Shown piece after piece: positions 7,907-16,207 of a stretch of DNA of 33,234 nt. This DNA comes from a virus. The first letter of the stretch is position 1, and every line of letters begins with the position of its first letter. A program made the position numbers and the translations under genes. Location: the IMG/VR virus record IMGVR_UViG_3300037673_000034; one strand, written 5' to 3'. The notes beneath the pieces were generated by a model, which saw nothing but the letters and a program-made list of their open reading frames with translations, was not told where the DNA came from and made no database searches.

Positions 7907-9568
7907 TTAGACCCCATAAGCCAAAAGATCTTCAGTAAAGACCTCTCTTACAGCCTTCTTAATTGTGTACTTGTCTCCTTCTTTCACATGAATTTCGATT
8001 CTGGGGACATTGATTACTTTATGTTCCACTCTGCTTACAGTGCTCACATTCGAGATCGCTGCAGAGCTTATGGTTGGGATTGGAGTTCCTGTGATGATCT
8101 TTGCAGTGCTCAGCCCCATGCCCACGGGAGTGAATGATAAGGCTGTCTGTGCTGCCATAAAGAGCGGGTTCTCCGTTATAACCTTGCTAGCCTCCTGGAT
8201 CCAAGACACGAATTCTTTAATGACTGAAATTACTGTGTTCAGATTATCTTTCAGAAACAGTATTGCTCCGACAGGTCCAAAGAGGGCATACTTGAACGGC
8301 CCTAATGCATCAATCCCTTGTTGGATCCAAGAGATGAGTCCTTGAATAGAGCTTGTAGCCCATTCGAATCCTTCTCTCATCCAGTTTACTGCCTCGCTTA
8401 CTCCTTCAGCAACCGGTTTTAAGAAGGGAAGCTTTTCGATCAACCAAGCAACAAACTGGCCAAGGTAGCTCTTCTCCCAGCCCTTGACAAGGACATCCTG
8501 CAGGAGTAAGATCGCTGCAACAACAGCCCCAATGACCGCAATCCATGGAAGTAGTGGTGCAAGGGCACCCCAAACCGATGCTGCGAAGCCCTTGATAGAG
8601 GCTGCTGCACCTGAAAGGATCGCCTTTAATCCTGCAAACCCACCGATTTCTTTATACAACCAAGCAAAAGCTGCAGCCTGTAACATCATAGGACCTACCG
8701 TTCCAGCGATGGCAGTGGCAAAAACTCCTAATGTGCCGACCACAACTTTAACTGGCTTGGGCAAATCTTTCAGCCATTGAGTTGTGGATTTGATTCCATC
8801 TACAATTTTATCGATAACGGGCAACGCTCCTTCAGCAAGCTCCTTCTTGAACTCCTTCCAAGCAACTGTTGCCCTCTGCATCTCTTCGTTCAAAGACTCC
8901 TGTGACAGATCAGTCTTTCTTACAATATCTTCTCCAGCCTCCATCACAGCCATCAAAAAAGCCTGTCTCTTTTCAGCCTCGGTCAGCTGGGAGGCTGTTT
9001 TCCCCAATGTCTTCGCATATTTCTCATAAGCTTCGTCTGCTTTGACAATGATTCCGAGGTTATCCAGAATAAGTTTAGATTGTCTAGCTGTACCAATCGC
9101 AATGGACTCAAACATGTATTTAACATCGGTTCCCATTGCTCTCGCAGCGGCTCTGGCTATTTTCATCATCTTGGGCAGATACTGGGGATCGATTCCCATC
9201 ACCATCGCTCTGTTGGCGTTCAAGATCATCTGAGTATTATCAATCGTTCCTGCTGCGGCTTCCTCCATCGCTGCCAAAATGGCATCTGCATTCTCGCCTG
9301 CTCTTATTATGAAGGCTCGCATTGCATCCTGAAAATCTGCCAAATCTTTCGTTGCATCCTTCCAGAATCTGAATCCACCATACCCAATAGCTGATAAGGC
9401 CCCACCGACCAGAAGTAAACTCTCTCTAGCTTTATTGATTCTTTCAGTGAGACCACCAACACTCTTTTTTACCTCGTCCATCGCTTGATTTACCTGCTTT
9501 AATGGCTTGGTTGCCTGATCGATGAATTGGATCACAGCATAGAGGCTCCGTATCTCTCCAGCTGGCAT
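7907..9568 (-). CDS. Tape measure protein
   Basis: 553 aa, Ala/Gly-rich helical; AIGTARQSKLILDNLGI core and W-spaced repeats; located after the tail tube and chaperone. Confidence 0.92.
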   Translation of the reverse strand: MPAGEIRSLYAVIQFIDQATKPLKQVNQAMDEVKKSVGGLTERINKARESLLLVGGALSAIGYGGFRFWKDATKDLADFQDAMRAFIIRAGENADAILAAMEEAAAGTIDNTQMILNANRAMVMGIDPQYLPKMMKIARAAARAMGTDVKYMFESIAIGTARQSKLILDNLGIIVKADEAYEKYAKTLGKTASQLTEAEKRQAFLMAVMEAGEDIVRKTDLSQESLNEEMQRATVAWKEFKKELAEGALPVIDKIVDGIKSTTQWLKDLPKPVKVVVGTLGVFATAIAGTVGPMMLQAAAFAWLYKEIGGFAGLKAILSGAAASIKGFAASVWGALAPLLPWIAVIGAVVAAILLLQDVLVKGWEKSYLGQFVAWLIEKLPFLKPVAEGVSEAVNWMREGFEWATSSIQGLISWIQQGIDALGPFKYALFGPVGAILFLKDNLNTVISVIKEFVSWIQEASKVITENPLFMAAQTALSFTPVGMGLSTAKIITGTPIPTISSAAISNVSTVSRVEHKVINVPRIEIHVKEGDKYTIKKAVREVFTEDLLAYGV

Positions 9569-9590
9569 AGATAATTTTTTATTAGAATGG

Positions 9591-9608
9591 TTTAAAAATA
9601 AATGTCAG
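9591..9608 (-). promoter_or_regulatory. Late-type promoter (CTGAC + TATA) for tape measure gene
   Basis: CTGACATTTATTTTTAAA; box 36 nt upstream of ATG 9568. Confidence 0.75.
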
Positions 9609-9616
9609 GTGAAATT

Positions 9617-9829
9617 ATGTTTGGAAAAAAGAGAGAGGCTGAGAATACTAAAGTATGTCCATTCTATTTCGGGTGGAGGGGATCCTTAAACAAGCAGGCA
9701 GCAATAGATCAGGCGAGATGTCTGGAGGAAAAATGTATGCTCTGGAATGTCGAAGAGCAGGACTGCAACATCAATGTAATCGCCAAAAGATTAACCATCC
9801 CTGCACCGATAGCTAAGCACTCACTCTAA
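9617..9829 (+). CDS. Small Cys-rich protein on the opposite strand
   Basis: CP..C.EEKCMLW......C pattern; GGTGA RBS before ATG 9617. Confidence 0.6.
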   Translation: MFGKKREAENTKVCPFYFGWRGSLNKQAAIDQARCLEEKCMLWNVEEQDCNINVIAKRLTIPAPIAKHSL

Positions 9830-10471
9830 TTTTTCGACTGCTATCCGGATAAGAGTTGCCCATTTTAATGGATTCTCAACTGTAAAGTACTCTGCTTTTT
9901 GTTTGCCTTCTCTACCAATCTTTATGGCATCAGCAAATGGTTCGACAGCAAATATTTTCTTCAGTGGAATGTTGATTGTCTTTTTTTCACCAATAAACGC
10001 TAGACGCTTAGATGTTAGGTACAATTCTCCAGCATCTAATCTTTCTATTTTTGTTTCTGTCTGTTTTATTGATCCGCCACCTACACGTGGTGTTAGGTAT
10101 ACTCCCTTGGCGACTTTAATCCTAAAACCCATACTTTTTGACCTGTATGTGTAAGTTCGTGTTCGTTCTTCCAATAAAGCCACAGAAGACTCATGGAGGT
10201 GTAACTGTTCATTTTTCTTCAAGACAAGGCTGGATCCAACGAGATGCAATACTGGTAATTCCCCAGATTTTTCAATCATTTCCAGTTCCTCTAATTCTTT
10301 AGCAAGCTTAACGTCTTTGTTATATTCTTTTTCGTCATTCCATGTTTTACCACATTCTGGACACTCTAACCAAGTTTTAGAAGATAAAAACCCCTTCTTT
10401 GTTTTTAAAACAATTTTCGATCCACAATTTGGGCAGGCACCATCCAATTCTACAATTTGGATTTTTGCCAT
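9821..10471 (-). CDS. Moron: Zn-ribbon plus PH-like domain protein
   Basis: CPNCG...CPECG ribbon; GELYLTSKRLAFIG..KTINIPLKKI PH-like motif; AT-rich. Confidence 0.8.
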   Translation of the reverse strand: MAKIQIVELDGACPNCGSKIVLKTKKGFLSSKTWLECPECGKTWNDEKEYNKDVKLAKELEELEMIEKSGELPVLHLVGSSLVLKKNEQLHLHESSVALLEERTRTYTYRSKSMGFRIKVAKGVYLTPRVGGGSIKQTETKIERLDAGELYLTSKRLAFIGEKKTINIPLKKIFAVEPFADAIKIGREGKQKAEYFTVENPLKWATLIRIAVEKLE

Positions 10472-10501
10472 GAGAAATAAAATAATCTGAAAAATAAAAC
10501 T

Positions 10502-11025
10502 TTAACGATCGCTGAGCATGACTATTTTGTTACCTCTCCTAACAAAAGCCCTCCCCTTCCTCTGTCCGATTTTCGGGAACTTGGGGATCTCTGGAACCTC
10601 GGGAGTTTCTGCTTTAACTTTTTCACCAATCAAGTTCAATGCTATAATCCACCTCAACTGCTTCTCCAAGGGCCATTTCTTTACTTCATCGACGTCGATA
10701 TGGAGCTCTTTGGCGATTATGTACAGCTCGAGCTCTCCTTCTACATCTCTTTGAAGCCTATCAAATTTCGAAAATCCGCCAGATCACCTCGATGTAAGTT
10801 TAGCAGTTCAACCCCAAGTTTGAGGAATAGCACCGGATCCATTTCCTCAACATCTTCCTTGGTGAGTTCTGGCTCAGCGATGCATGCAAGAATCAGATCT
10901 CTGTACATATCTGCTGCATCCTTGTTTGGGTCGCCAATCTCCTTGAGCAATCGATAACCGCTCAGCTTCCGAGCTTTGTATGTCTCTTCACCGATTTTTA
11001 TCTCAAAAAGCTCCTTAGAATCCAT
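10502..11025 (-). CDS. Tail assembly chaperone long form (gpGT-like, about 174 aa) via -1 frameshift at G GAT TTT (10777-10771)
   Basis: The -1 frame is open 10771..10502 with no useful ATG and encodes LYIIAKELHIDVDEVKKWPLEKQLRWI, a gpT-like motif. Confidence 0.8.
10741..11025 (-). CDS. Tail assembly chaperone short form (gpG-like)
   Basis: 94 aa, directly after the tail tube gene. Confidence 0.85.
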   Translation of the reverse strand: MDSKELFEIKIGEETYKARKLSGYRLLKEIGDPNKDAADMYRDLILACIAEPELTKEDVEEMDPVLFLKLGVELLNLHRGDLADFRNLIGFKEM

Positions 11026-11046
11026 GGCCTAACTTCTCGAGAAGAG

Positions 11047-11064
11047 TATAAAAAGAGAAGTCAG
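11047..11064 (-). promoter_or_regulatory. Late-type promoter (CTGAC + TATA)
   Basis: CTGACTTCTCTTTTTATA; box 35 nt upstream of ATG 11025. Confidence 0.75.
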
Positions 11065-11074
11065 ATCAAAAAGA

Positions 11075-11452
11075 TTAACCCCACTTCTCCTCAATCTTCA
11101 AAGCCAGTCCATCAATCGAGACCTCTGTCGCCTCACCACCAACTTCTCCAGGATCTATCTTCTTTATGATTGCATCGTAGCAATTAACCACCAGTCCGGG
11201 AGCCTTGAAGGTTACGGTAATCTCTTCCTTATTTTCCTTGAACTGAACAAGCTGATTCAAAGCTTCCGAGGTGGCCCTGCATTTCAAGGTCCATGTTGGC
11301 TTTGCAAATTTCTTGTTGTAGCCCACAACTCCATTGACCGTTTCTATGTGGGTTATCTCATCCTCGTTGTCGTAGCTGAAACTCAGTAGATCGTCAATCT
11401 CCACTCCTCCAACGCTGCATGAAATTTCGCTAACATCCCACTCTTTAGCCAT
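11075..11452 (-). CDS. Tail tube protein
   Basis: 125 aa beta-rich protein immediately after the sheath; WD..EISCSVGG.. start. Confidence 0.85.
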   Translation of the reverse strand: MAKEWDVSEISCSVGGVEIDDLLSFSYDNEDEITHIETVNGVVGYNKKFAKPTWTLKCRATSEALNQLVQFKENKEEITVTFKAPGLVVNCYDAIIKKIDPGEVGGEATEVSIDGLALKIEEKWG

Positions 11453-11462
11453 TCAAACCACC

Positions 11463-12500
11463 TCACACTTGTATTGTCAGATTGAGCTCGAATGTGTGAA
11501 TATCTCCTGCCAAAGTCGCTGAAACGTAGACATTTCTAAGAATGCGATTTGCTTTGTCTGATTCAGAGATTGAGCCGAAATCGGGCATTACAATGGAGTA
11601 GCTGCTCAGGGCCCCATCTCTCACCATTGTTTCAAGGGCCGCAGCGATAGCAGCTCTAACGAACTCCAGTCCAGCAGGCGAGTACGGGATTTTTGTCATT
11701 CTCAGTCTCAAGCTTGCTATCGAATCTTGGATTGCCGCGATTGTATAGTACTTCGTCCTCGTTACATCGATGAACTTCGGGTCACCGCCTGTCGTTAGAG
11801 CATTGCTGATTCTGTTTGCATTTGCCAAATCCAGTATCACATTCGCCTTCCCGTTCTCGAGCGTAGGAACATCTCCTAGGGCGAAGTATTCGTTCACATC
11901 GATGTTTATGCTCCTCCAGAAAGTCGTGTTCCAGGGCTTCAATGCCATTATGACTCCCAGAGCTGCCGCAGCGACATCTCCATCAAAGTCTGAGTCGTTG
12001 TGTGCTAGGAAGAATCCGTTTGCAGAGGCTAAATTGGACACGGTAGTGGTTATATCGCTGACAGTAGCCCCGTTGGCATTCGTCGCGGTGAAGATCACAT
12101 TGTTCGCATCCGCAAAGTCTTTGAGCTTAGCGAGCAGGGTTGTGTCGGTGATCATAGCAAGGCAAACTCCGTGAATCTGGTTGTTCTCAGCATAGGGGGC
12201 GAGGGTGTTCAAAGCATTCTCAACTTCTGTTGCAGTGGGGCTTCCTGGATTTGAGACATCCATTGAAACCGCATAGAGCTTTCTCACTCCCTGGGCGAAA
12301 ATAGCCTGGGCAGCTTTTGCTACATTTGATGTGCTGCCGTGATCGCTCTGGACATCTGCGAGCGAGTAGTAAAGCTTCGGAGAATTCTTTGAAGCGTAAT
12401 CTGACTCTCCAACAACCGCTGGTGTTCCCCATTCCCTTGCTGGCATCGCTGCTGTTTCGAGAACTGTATTAATTACGATTGCATCTCCTACATCTGGCAT
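11463..12500 (-). CDS. Tail sheath protein (DUF3383-like)
   Basis: C-terminal KIPYSPAG....., D(K/R).NRILRNV.V.ATLAGDIH sheath motif. Confidence 0.9.
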   Translation of the reverse strand: MPDVGDAIVINTVLETAAMPAREWGTPAVVGESDYASKNSPKLYYSLADVQSDHGSTSNVAKAAQAIFAQGVRKLYAVSMDVSNPGSPTATEVENALNTLAPYAENNQIHGVCLAMITDTTLLAKLKDFADANNVIFTATNANGATVSDITTTVSNLASANGFFLAHNDSDFDGDVAAAALGVIMALKPWNTTFWRSINIDVNEYFALGDVPTLENGKANVILDLANANRISNALTTGGDPKFIDVTRTKYYTIAAIQDSIASLRLRMTKIPYSPAGLEFVRAAIAAALETMVRDGALSSYSIVMPDFGSISESDKANRILRNVYVSATLAGDIHTFELNLTIQV

Positions 12501-12522
12501 AATCTATTTGCAGAAAAGAGAA

Positions 12523-12540
12523 TATAAAAACAAAAGTCAG
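12523..12540 (-). promoter_or_regulatory. Late-type promoter (CTGAC + TATA) for sheath/tube
   Basis: CTGACTTTTGTTTTTATA; box 36 nt upstream of ATG 12500. Confidence 0.78.
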
Positions 12541-12620
12541 AAATCTCTGCTATTTTGCCGATTGAATTGGCTTCCTTCTTATCCCATCTTCTGAACATCT
12601 CAACGGAGCACATCAGTACA

Positions 12621-12844
12621 TCAGTAAGTCCCCACGACAAGCCTCATCTCGCCTCTGAGCTCTTTGACCTCGATCAGCTCCCCCCAAAGATTTCCTTAAC
12701 TTCCTCCAAATTTCCGGCCTTACACCACACATAAATTCTTTTCTTCGCAGGGACTATCTGGTAATGCGTGGCTACATCGTGTAACTGCACGACAGTCTTC
12801 GCAATATCCATCAGATCCTCTGCCTTGCCAAGGAACTCAAACAT
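12621..12844 (-). CDS. Small protein missed by the ORF track (56 aa to stop at 12674; 74 aa if the G6 run is read as G7)
   Basis: MFEFLGKAEDLMDIAKTVV...EEVKEIFGG(S*). The -1 frame continues ELIEVKELRGEMRLVVGTY*. It has its own CTGAC promoter. Confidence 0.65.
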
Positions 12845-12866
12845 GAATTAAATTCTTGAGAAAAAT

Positions 12867-12884
12867 TATAAAAATGGAAGTCAG
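12867..12884 (-). promoter_or_regulatory. Late-type promoter (CTGAC + TATA)
   Basis: CTGACTTCCATTTTTATA; box 36 nt upstream of ATG 12844. Confidence 0.75.
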
Positions 12885-12897
12885 GATCAGGTTCTGA

Positions 12898-13440
12898 TCA
12901 GGTCTCGACCGTGTACTCGACGGTTTCGATCGTGGTGATTGTTTCTTTGTAGCTTAGTTCGTAGCGGATGAAGACGTCAAGCTGCCTTCTTGGAGTTTTG
13001 CTATCGGCCAGATAGGTCAGATCGTTTATCTCCGACCGGCCAGCAACCTCAATTCCCTCTATCAGTGGAAGATCTCTCAGATACCACACGAGCAGCTGAT
13101 CCAAATAGGCATCCACAATGTCTGCTGCAGGAATGCCAACATCTCCCTTCGCATGAACATTGATGCTCAGAGTTACGACTGCCCTCTCGCCCTTGGTGTA
13201 TTGAATGTCTGGATCCAGGACCTCCTTGCTGAACAGCTGGTTTGCTGGGGAATGTCTCTCATCCCTTCTGTCTGCAAAATAGCGTAGTGTTACAACTATA
13301 TGGTAATTTGGATCTTTCAATTTCTCAGAAACATTTATGCGGTCTGCGTAATCTACCCAAGCCTGGAACTCCGTTGAATCAATAACAACAGATTTTGGTA
13401 GACTTTGAAAAATCTGCTTTTTTATATCTGTAGGAAGCAT
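12898..13440 (-). CDS. Tail terminator / neck protein
   Basis: 180 aa just upstream of the sheath gene; LSINVH and RRQLDVFIRYE beta motifs. Confidence 0.7.
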   Translation of the reverse strand: MLPTDIKKQIFQSLPKSVVIDSTEFQAWVDYADRINVSEKLKDPNYHIVVTLRYFADRRDERHSPANQLFSKEVLDPDIQYTKGERAVVTLSINVHAKGDVGIPAADIVDAYLDQLLVWYLRDLPLIEGIEVAGRSEINDLTYLADSKTPRRQLDVFIRYELSYKETITTIETVEYTVET

Positions 13441-13665
13441 TTAACCCCTCCACGACGAAACAATAATTGAAATTATAAAAGCTACTGCTGCCGAAAATCC
13501 AAGGATGTATGCTCGCCATTGTTCGAGCTTGCTTATTCTTGTGTCGTGCCCTCCTACAGTCTCTTTCACCTCATCGATTGCTTCACGAATATACCTCACA
13601 TCTGTAGCGAGTTTGATCAGCAGATCTCTATCTGATTCTATTGGGATGCCATTGTCTTTCTGCAT
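13441..13665 (-). CDS. Coiled-coil plus C-terminal TM protein (XhlA / holin-like)
   Basis: RISKLEQWR followed by a hydrophobic helix. Confidence 0.65.
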   Translation of the reverse strand: MQKDNGIPIESDRDLLIKLATDVRYIREAIDEVKETVGGHDTRISKLEQWRAYILGFSAAVAFIISIIVSSWRG

Positions 13666-13686
13666 GACTACTAACCAATTTTGGAA

Positions 13687-13704
13687 TTTTTAAAGCTAAA
13701 TCAG
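13687..13704 (-). promoter_or_regulatory. Late-type promoter (CTGAT variant + TATA)
   Basis: CTGATTTAGCTTTAAAAA; box 35 nt upstream of ATG 13665. Confidence 0.55.
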
Positions 13705-14133
13705 ATATCGCTCCAGTTCTTTGTTTATTTCATCAATAATGAATCGCTCAACTTTCTCTCTCTCGAGATCAAAAACTAATCGGAAAAGAGGACGTTCAGG
13801 AATATGCTTTGTCCCAAATTCAAGAAAATGAGCGATGAGCCCCTTCTCATGGCTGAAGATTCCGACCTTAACAGTCTTGGGTATTCTACCCTCAACCACA
13901 TGGGTTATCAGGCTTCTCAGCTCTCCTGTATCAACCCACACTTTTGTGGACTTTTTCTTACTAATCGTTTTTGGATCCAAAGATTGCCAGCCAGCCCATT
14001 GCTTGTCAATCATCTCGACCAGCTTGCCTTCCAAATAAGCTCCAACTCTCCCTGCTACTTTATCCAAAATAGCATCTACATCATTGAGCAATTTAGGGAT
14101 GTTATTGACATCTTTGATATTAGTCATCCGCAT
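13696..14133 (-). CDS. Virion morphogenesis / tail completion protein (HK97 gp10 / Mu gpG-like)
   Basis: W.SL.P.TI.KK.S..VWVDTGELR and AHFLEFGTKHIPERPLFR motifs. Confidence 0.85.
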   Translation of the reverse strand: MRMTNIKDVNNIPKLLNDVDAILDKVAGRVGAYLEGKLVEMIDKQWAGWQSLDPKTISKKKSTKVWVDTGELRSLITHVVEGRIPKTVKVGIFSHEKGLIAHFLEFGTKHIPERPLFRLVFDLEREKVERFIIDEINKELERYLI

Positions 14134-14348
14134 AACACCTTGACTATGAGCGTTATAGCCCCCAAACCAAATAGATACTCAACTACATCGCCGAGAAAAT
14201 TTGCTGGTTTCTCTTTCCCTGCAAGGTAGATGTGCTCAATGATTTCATAGAATATGAAGACTATGAAGACCACTGGGGCGAAGAAACTCACTGCTCCTGC
14301 AATTGTATGTCCAAAGCTTTTCTTATCGTCGAAGACATTCAGTATCAT
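14124..14348 (-). CDS. Small membrane protein
   Basis: Two to three hydrophobic segments; overlaps both neighbours (coupled). Confidence 0.65.
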   Translation of the reverse strand: MILNVFDDKKSFGHTIAGAVSFFAPVVFIVFIFYEIIEHIYLAGKEKPANFLGDVVEYLFGLGAITLIVKVLCG

Positions 14349-14563
14349 CTGCTCTCACGCTCCCTGAAAAGCCAGCCTCCAACCGATACGGACAGTAAGG
14401 TCAGTAGAGTTTGCAGAATCAGCTTGAATGTGTCTGTATCTACAATAACTGCATAGTCAGCAGCCTTCAACATTACAGCATAACTTCCAAGAAAGAAAAG
14501 CAGGATTATCAGTGTGACTACTGCTCTTAGTGATGCTTTTTCCAGCAATGTTTCTGAGCCCAT
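14345..14563 (-). CDS. Small two-TM membrane protein (holin-like)
   Basis: Two TM helices and a charged C-terminus; preceded by a CTGAC promoter. Confidence 0.65.
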   Translation of the reverse strand: MGSETLLEKASLRAVVTLIILLFFLGSYAVMLKAADYAVIVDTDTFKLILQTLLTLLSVSVGGWLFRERESR

Positions 14564-14584
14564 GTTTAGTGGTTAGGTTGTACA

Positions 14585-14602
14585 AATAAAACAGAAAGTC
14601 AG
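14585..14602 (-). promoter_or_regulatory. Late-type promoter (CTGAC + TATA)
   Basis: CTGACTTTCTGTTTTATT; box 35 nt upstream of ATG 14563. Confidence 0.7.
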
Positions 14603-14922
14603 TTTTCGAGGATATCTAAAACCTTCTGCTGACATTCCTTAGAACAACAGACCAAAACAAGCTTATCGTATTTCTTTTTAAACGATATTAACAAATCCTG
14701 TTTCTGCTGTGGTGTCATCAAAATAGTGTTTGAACAATATGGGTTCATACAGGGCACTTCTACAGTCTGCTTTTCTATCTCCTCTTTGATTTTCAGGGCT
14801 TTGTAGAGGTTTTCGAGATCAATGTCTTTAAGGGCTTCCCATTTCTCTCTTCTCCTTGAACCTTCATAGTATCTCGTGACCAGATAATATTTTCCATTCT
14901 TTTCTCTGATAAAAACTGTCAT
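14599..14922 (-). CDS. Hypothetical Zn-binding, possibly nucleic-acid-binding protein
   Basis: Basic/aromatic N-terminal hairpin (REKNGKYYLVTRYY); CMNPYC...CCSKEC metal motif; GGAGGAG RBS. Confidence 0.75.
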   Translation of the reverse strand: MTVFIREKNGKYYLVTRYYEGSRRREKWEALKDIDLENLYKALKIKEEIEKQTVEVPCMNPYCSNTILMTPQQKQDLLISFKKKYDKLVLVCCSKECQQKVLDILEN

Positions 14923-14945
14923 CTCCTCCCACCACGGTGGAAAAC

Positions 14946-15200
14946 CTATACTGTTGTTAATTCAATTTTAGTATTGTCCAATACATTTATTTGCCTGCCA
15001 CTCATGTGGCGTGCCTGGTCAACGAGCTGTTGTTTTAAGAGGGCAATTTCATTCAGGTATTCATCCGAGTAAATTTCATTTTCTTGGTAGTCAACAACAA
15101 CAGCATGGATCAATAGTGGAATGCGTTGCTTCCTGCATGTTGGTTTGAAAGTACAATCAGCTGTACAGAAACCTTCATTCCTGCATAGGTGTATCAACAT
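14946..15200 (-). CDS. Hypothetical Cys-rich protein
   Basis: HLC....CTADC..K.TC motif; canonical BRE-TATA (CGAAAACATAATATAT) about 22 nt upstream. Confidence 0.6.
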   Translation of the reverse strand: MLIHLCRNEGFCTADCTFKPTCRKQRIPLLIHAVVVDYQENEIYSDEYLNEIALLKQQLVDQARHMSGRQINVLDNTKIELTTV

Positions 15201-15255
15201 TGGTTTATTTTTTTGTTTTGATATATATTATGTTTTCGGAGGTCGTGAAAGTGGA

Positions 15256-15612
15256 TTAAACCTTCTGCTTGAGCAAAAGAGATTTTCTTGAGATTCCAAG
15301 CTTCGAAAGCTGATGATAATTTTTTTCTATTGCTTTCACAATCCACTCCGTCGTGGATCCATCAGGTTCGGTTATTCGTACAGCATCTCCAATTTCAGCA
15401 TTTGCATCAGTGTAGAGTCTTCTGTCTCCAATCGAGTACTCACCCTCTGGTAAGCGTTGAAGCTCTTTGGCTGTTATCTCCTGCAGATGTCCCTTGATCT
15501 CTTGAGTAGTTGTTGATCCCTCAACCCATTCTCCAGTTGATTGATCTGTATAACCTTCTGTAACTTTAATGAGTTCAATCTTGTATGGATAATCAAAGTC
15601 AGAAATCGTCAT
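15256..15612 (-). CDS. Head closure protein (SPP1 gp16-like)
   Basis: TEGY.DQ.TGEWVEG; ELQRLPEG...GDRRLYT; position in neck module. Confidence 0.8.
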   Translation of the reverse strand: MTISDFDYPYKIELIKVTEGYTDQSTGEWVEGSTTTQEIKGHLQEITAKELQRLPEGEYSIGDRRLYTDANAEIGDAVRITEPDGSTTEWIVKAIEKNYHQLSKLGISRKSLLLKQKV

Positions 15613-15955
15613 AACTTAGCTCAATCGGATCCTGAAACTTCATTATGATGTTCCTCAGTTCTTCCTTCCAACTCTCAAGCTGGTTCTGCAGGTCCATGTA
15701 GTCTATGCTTACCTCACCCTCTCGGATTGACTTGACAGCTCTGTTCCTAATTCTACCGAGAAAAGTCGAAACGAGAAAAATAGAAGCTTGGAGCTTGTGA
15801 GCCCTCTTGCCCAGCACTGTTTCTACGTTCACACCTTCAACTTGCAGATATTCTGCACCTTCATCGAGGGCCGATTGAATTGCAGGATCGTCGAATAAGT
15901 ATGGCTCTTCTATGTCTCCAATCTGCAACCTGACATCGCTAATAGTTGCCGCCAT
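15599..15955 (-). CDS. Head-tail adaptor (SPP1 gp15-like)
   Basis: ATISDVRLQIGD....LFDD..I and KSIREGEVSIDY motifs. Confidence 0.8.
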   Translation of the reverse strand: MAATISDVRLQIGDIEEPYLFDDPAIQSALDEGAEYLQVEGVNVETVLGKRAHKLQASIFLVSTFLGRIRNRAVKSIREGEVSIDYMDLQNQLESWKEELRNIIMKFQDPIELSYDDF

Positions 15956-15983
15956 GCGCCCCCTCAGCCTTATGGAGGATCAG

Positions 15984-16193
15984 TTACTCCCTGACTTCTT
16001 CAGAGGTTACAGGTTTAAGGTCGATGATGACGAGATTGCCAGACTTCAACGCATGTTTTACGGCTGGGCTTTGCTCCTTCTCATCTACTGGAATCTCCAC
16101 TGTATCTCCTCTTTTAGCCTTGAAATTTCTCGTTTCGAGAGTTGTAGCTCTGACTTCAGCCTTCACAGTCTTTTTCTTAGCCATAAGCATCAC
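15984..16193 (-). CDS. Small protein following the major capsid gene
   Basis: GGTGA RBS; position typical of small post-capsid genes. Confidence 0.6.
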   Translation of the reverse strand: MMLMAKKKTVKAEVRATTLETRNFKAKRGDTVEIPVDEKEQSPAVKHALKSGNLVIIDLKPVTSEEVRE

Positions 16194-16207
16194 CTAAAAA
16201 ATTAAGG

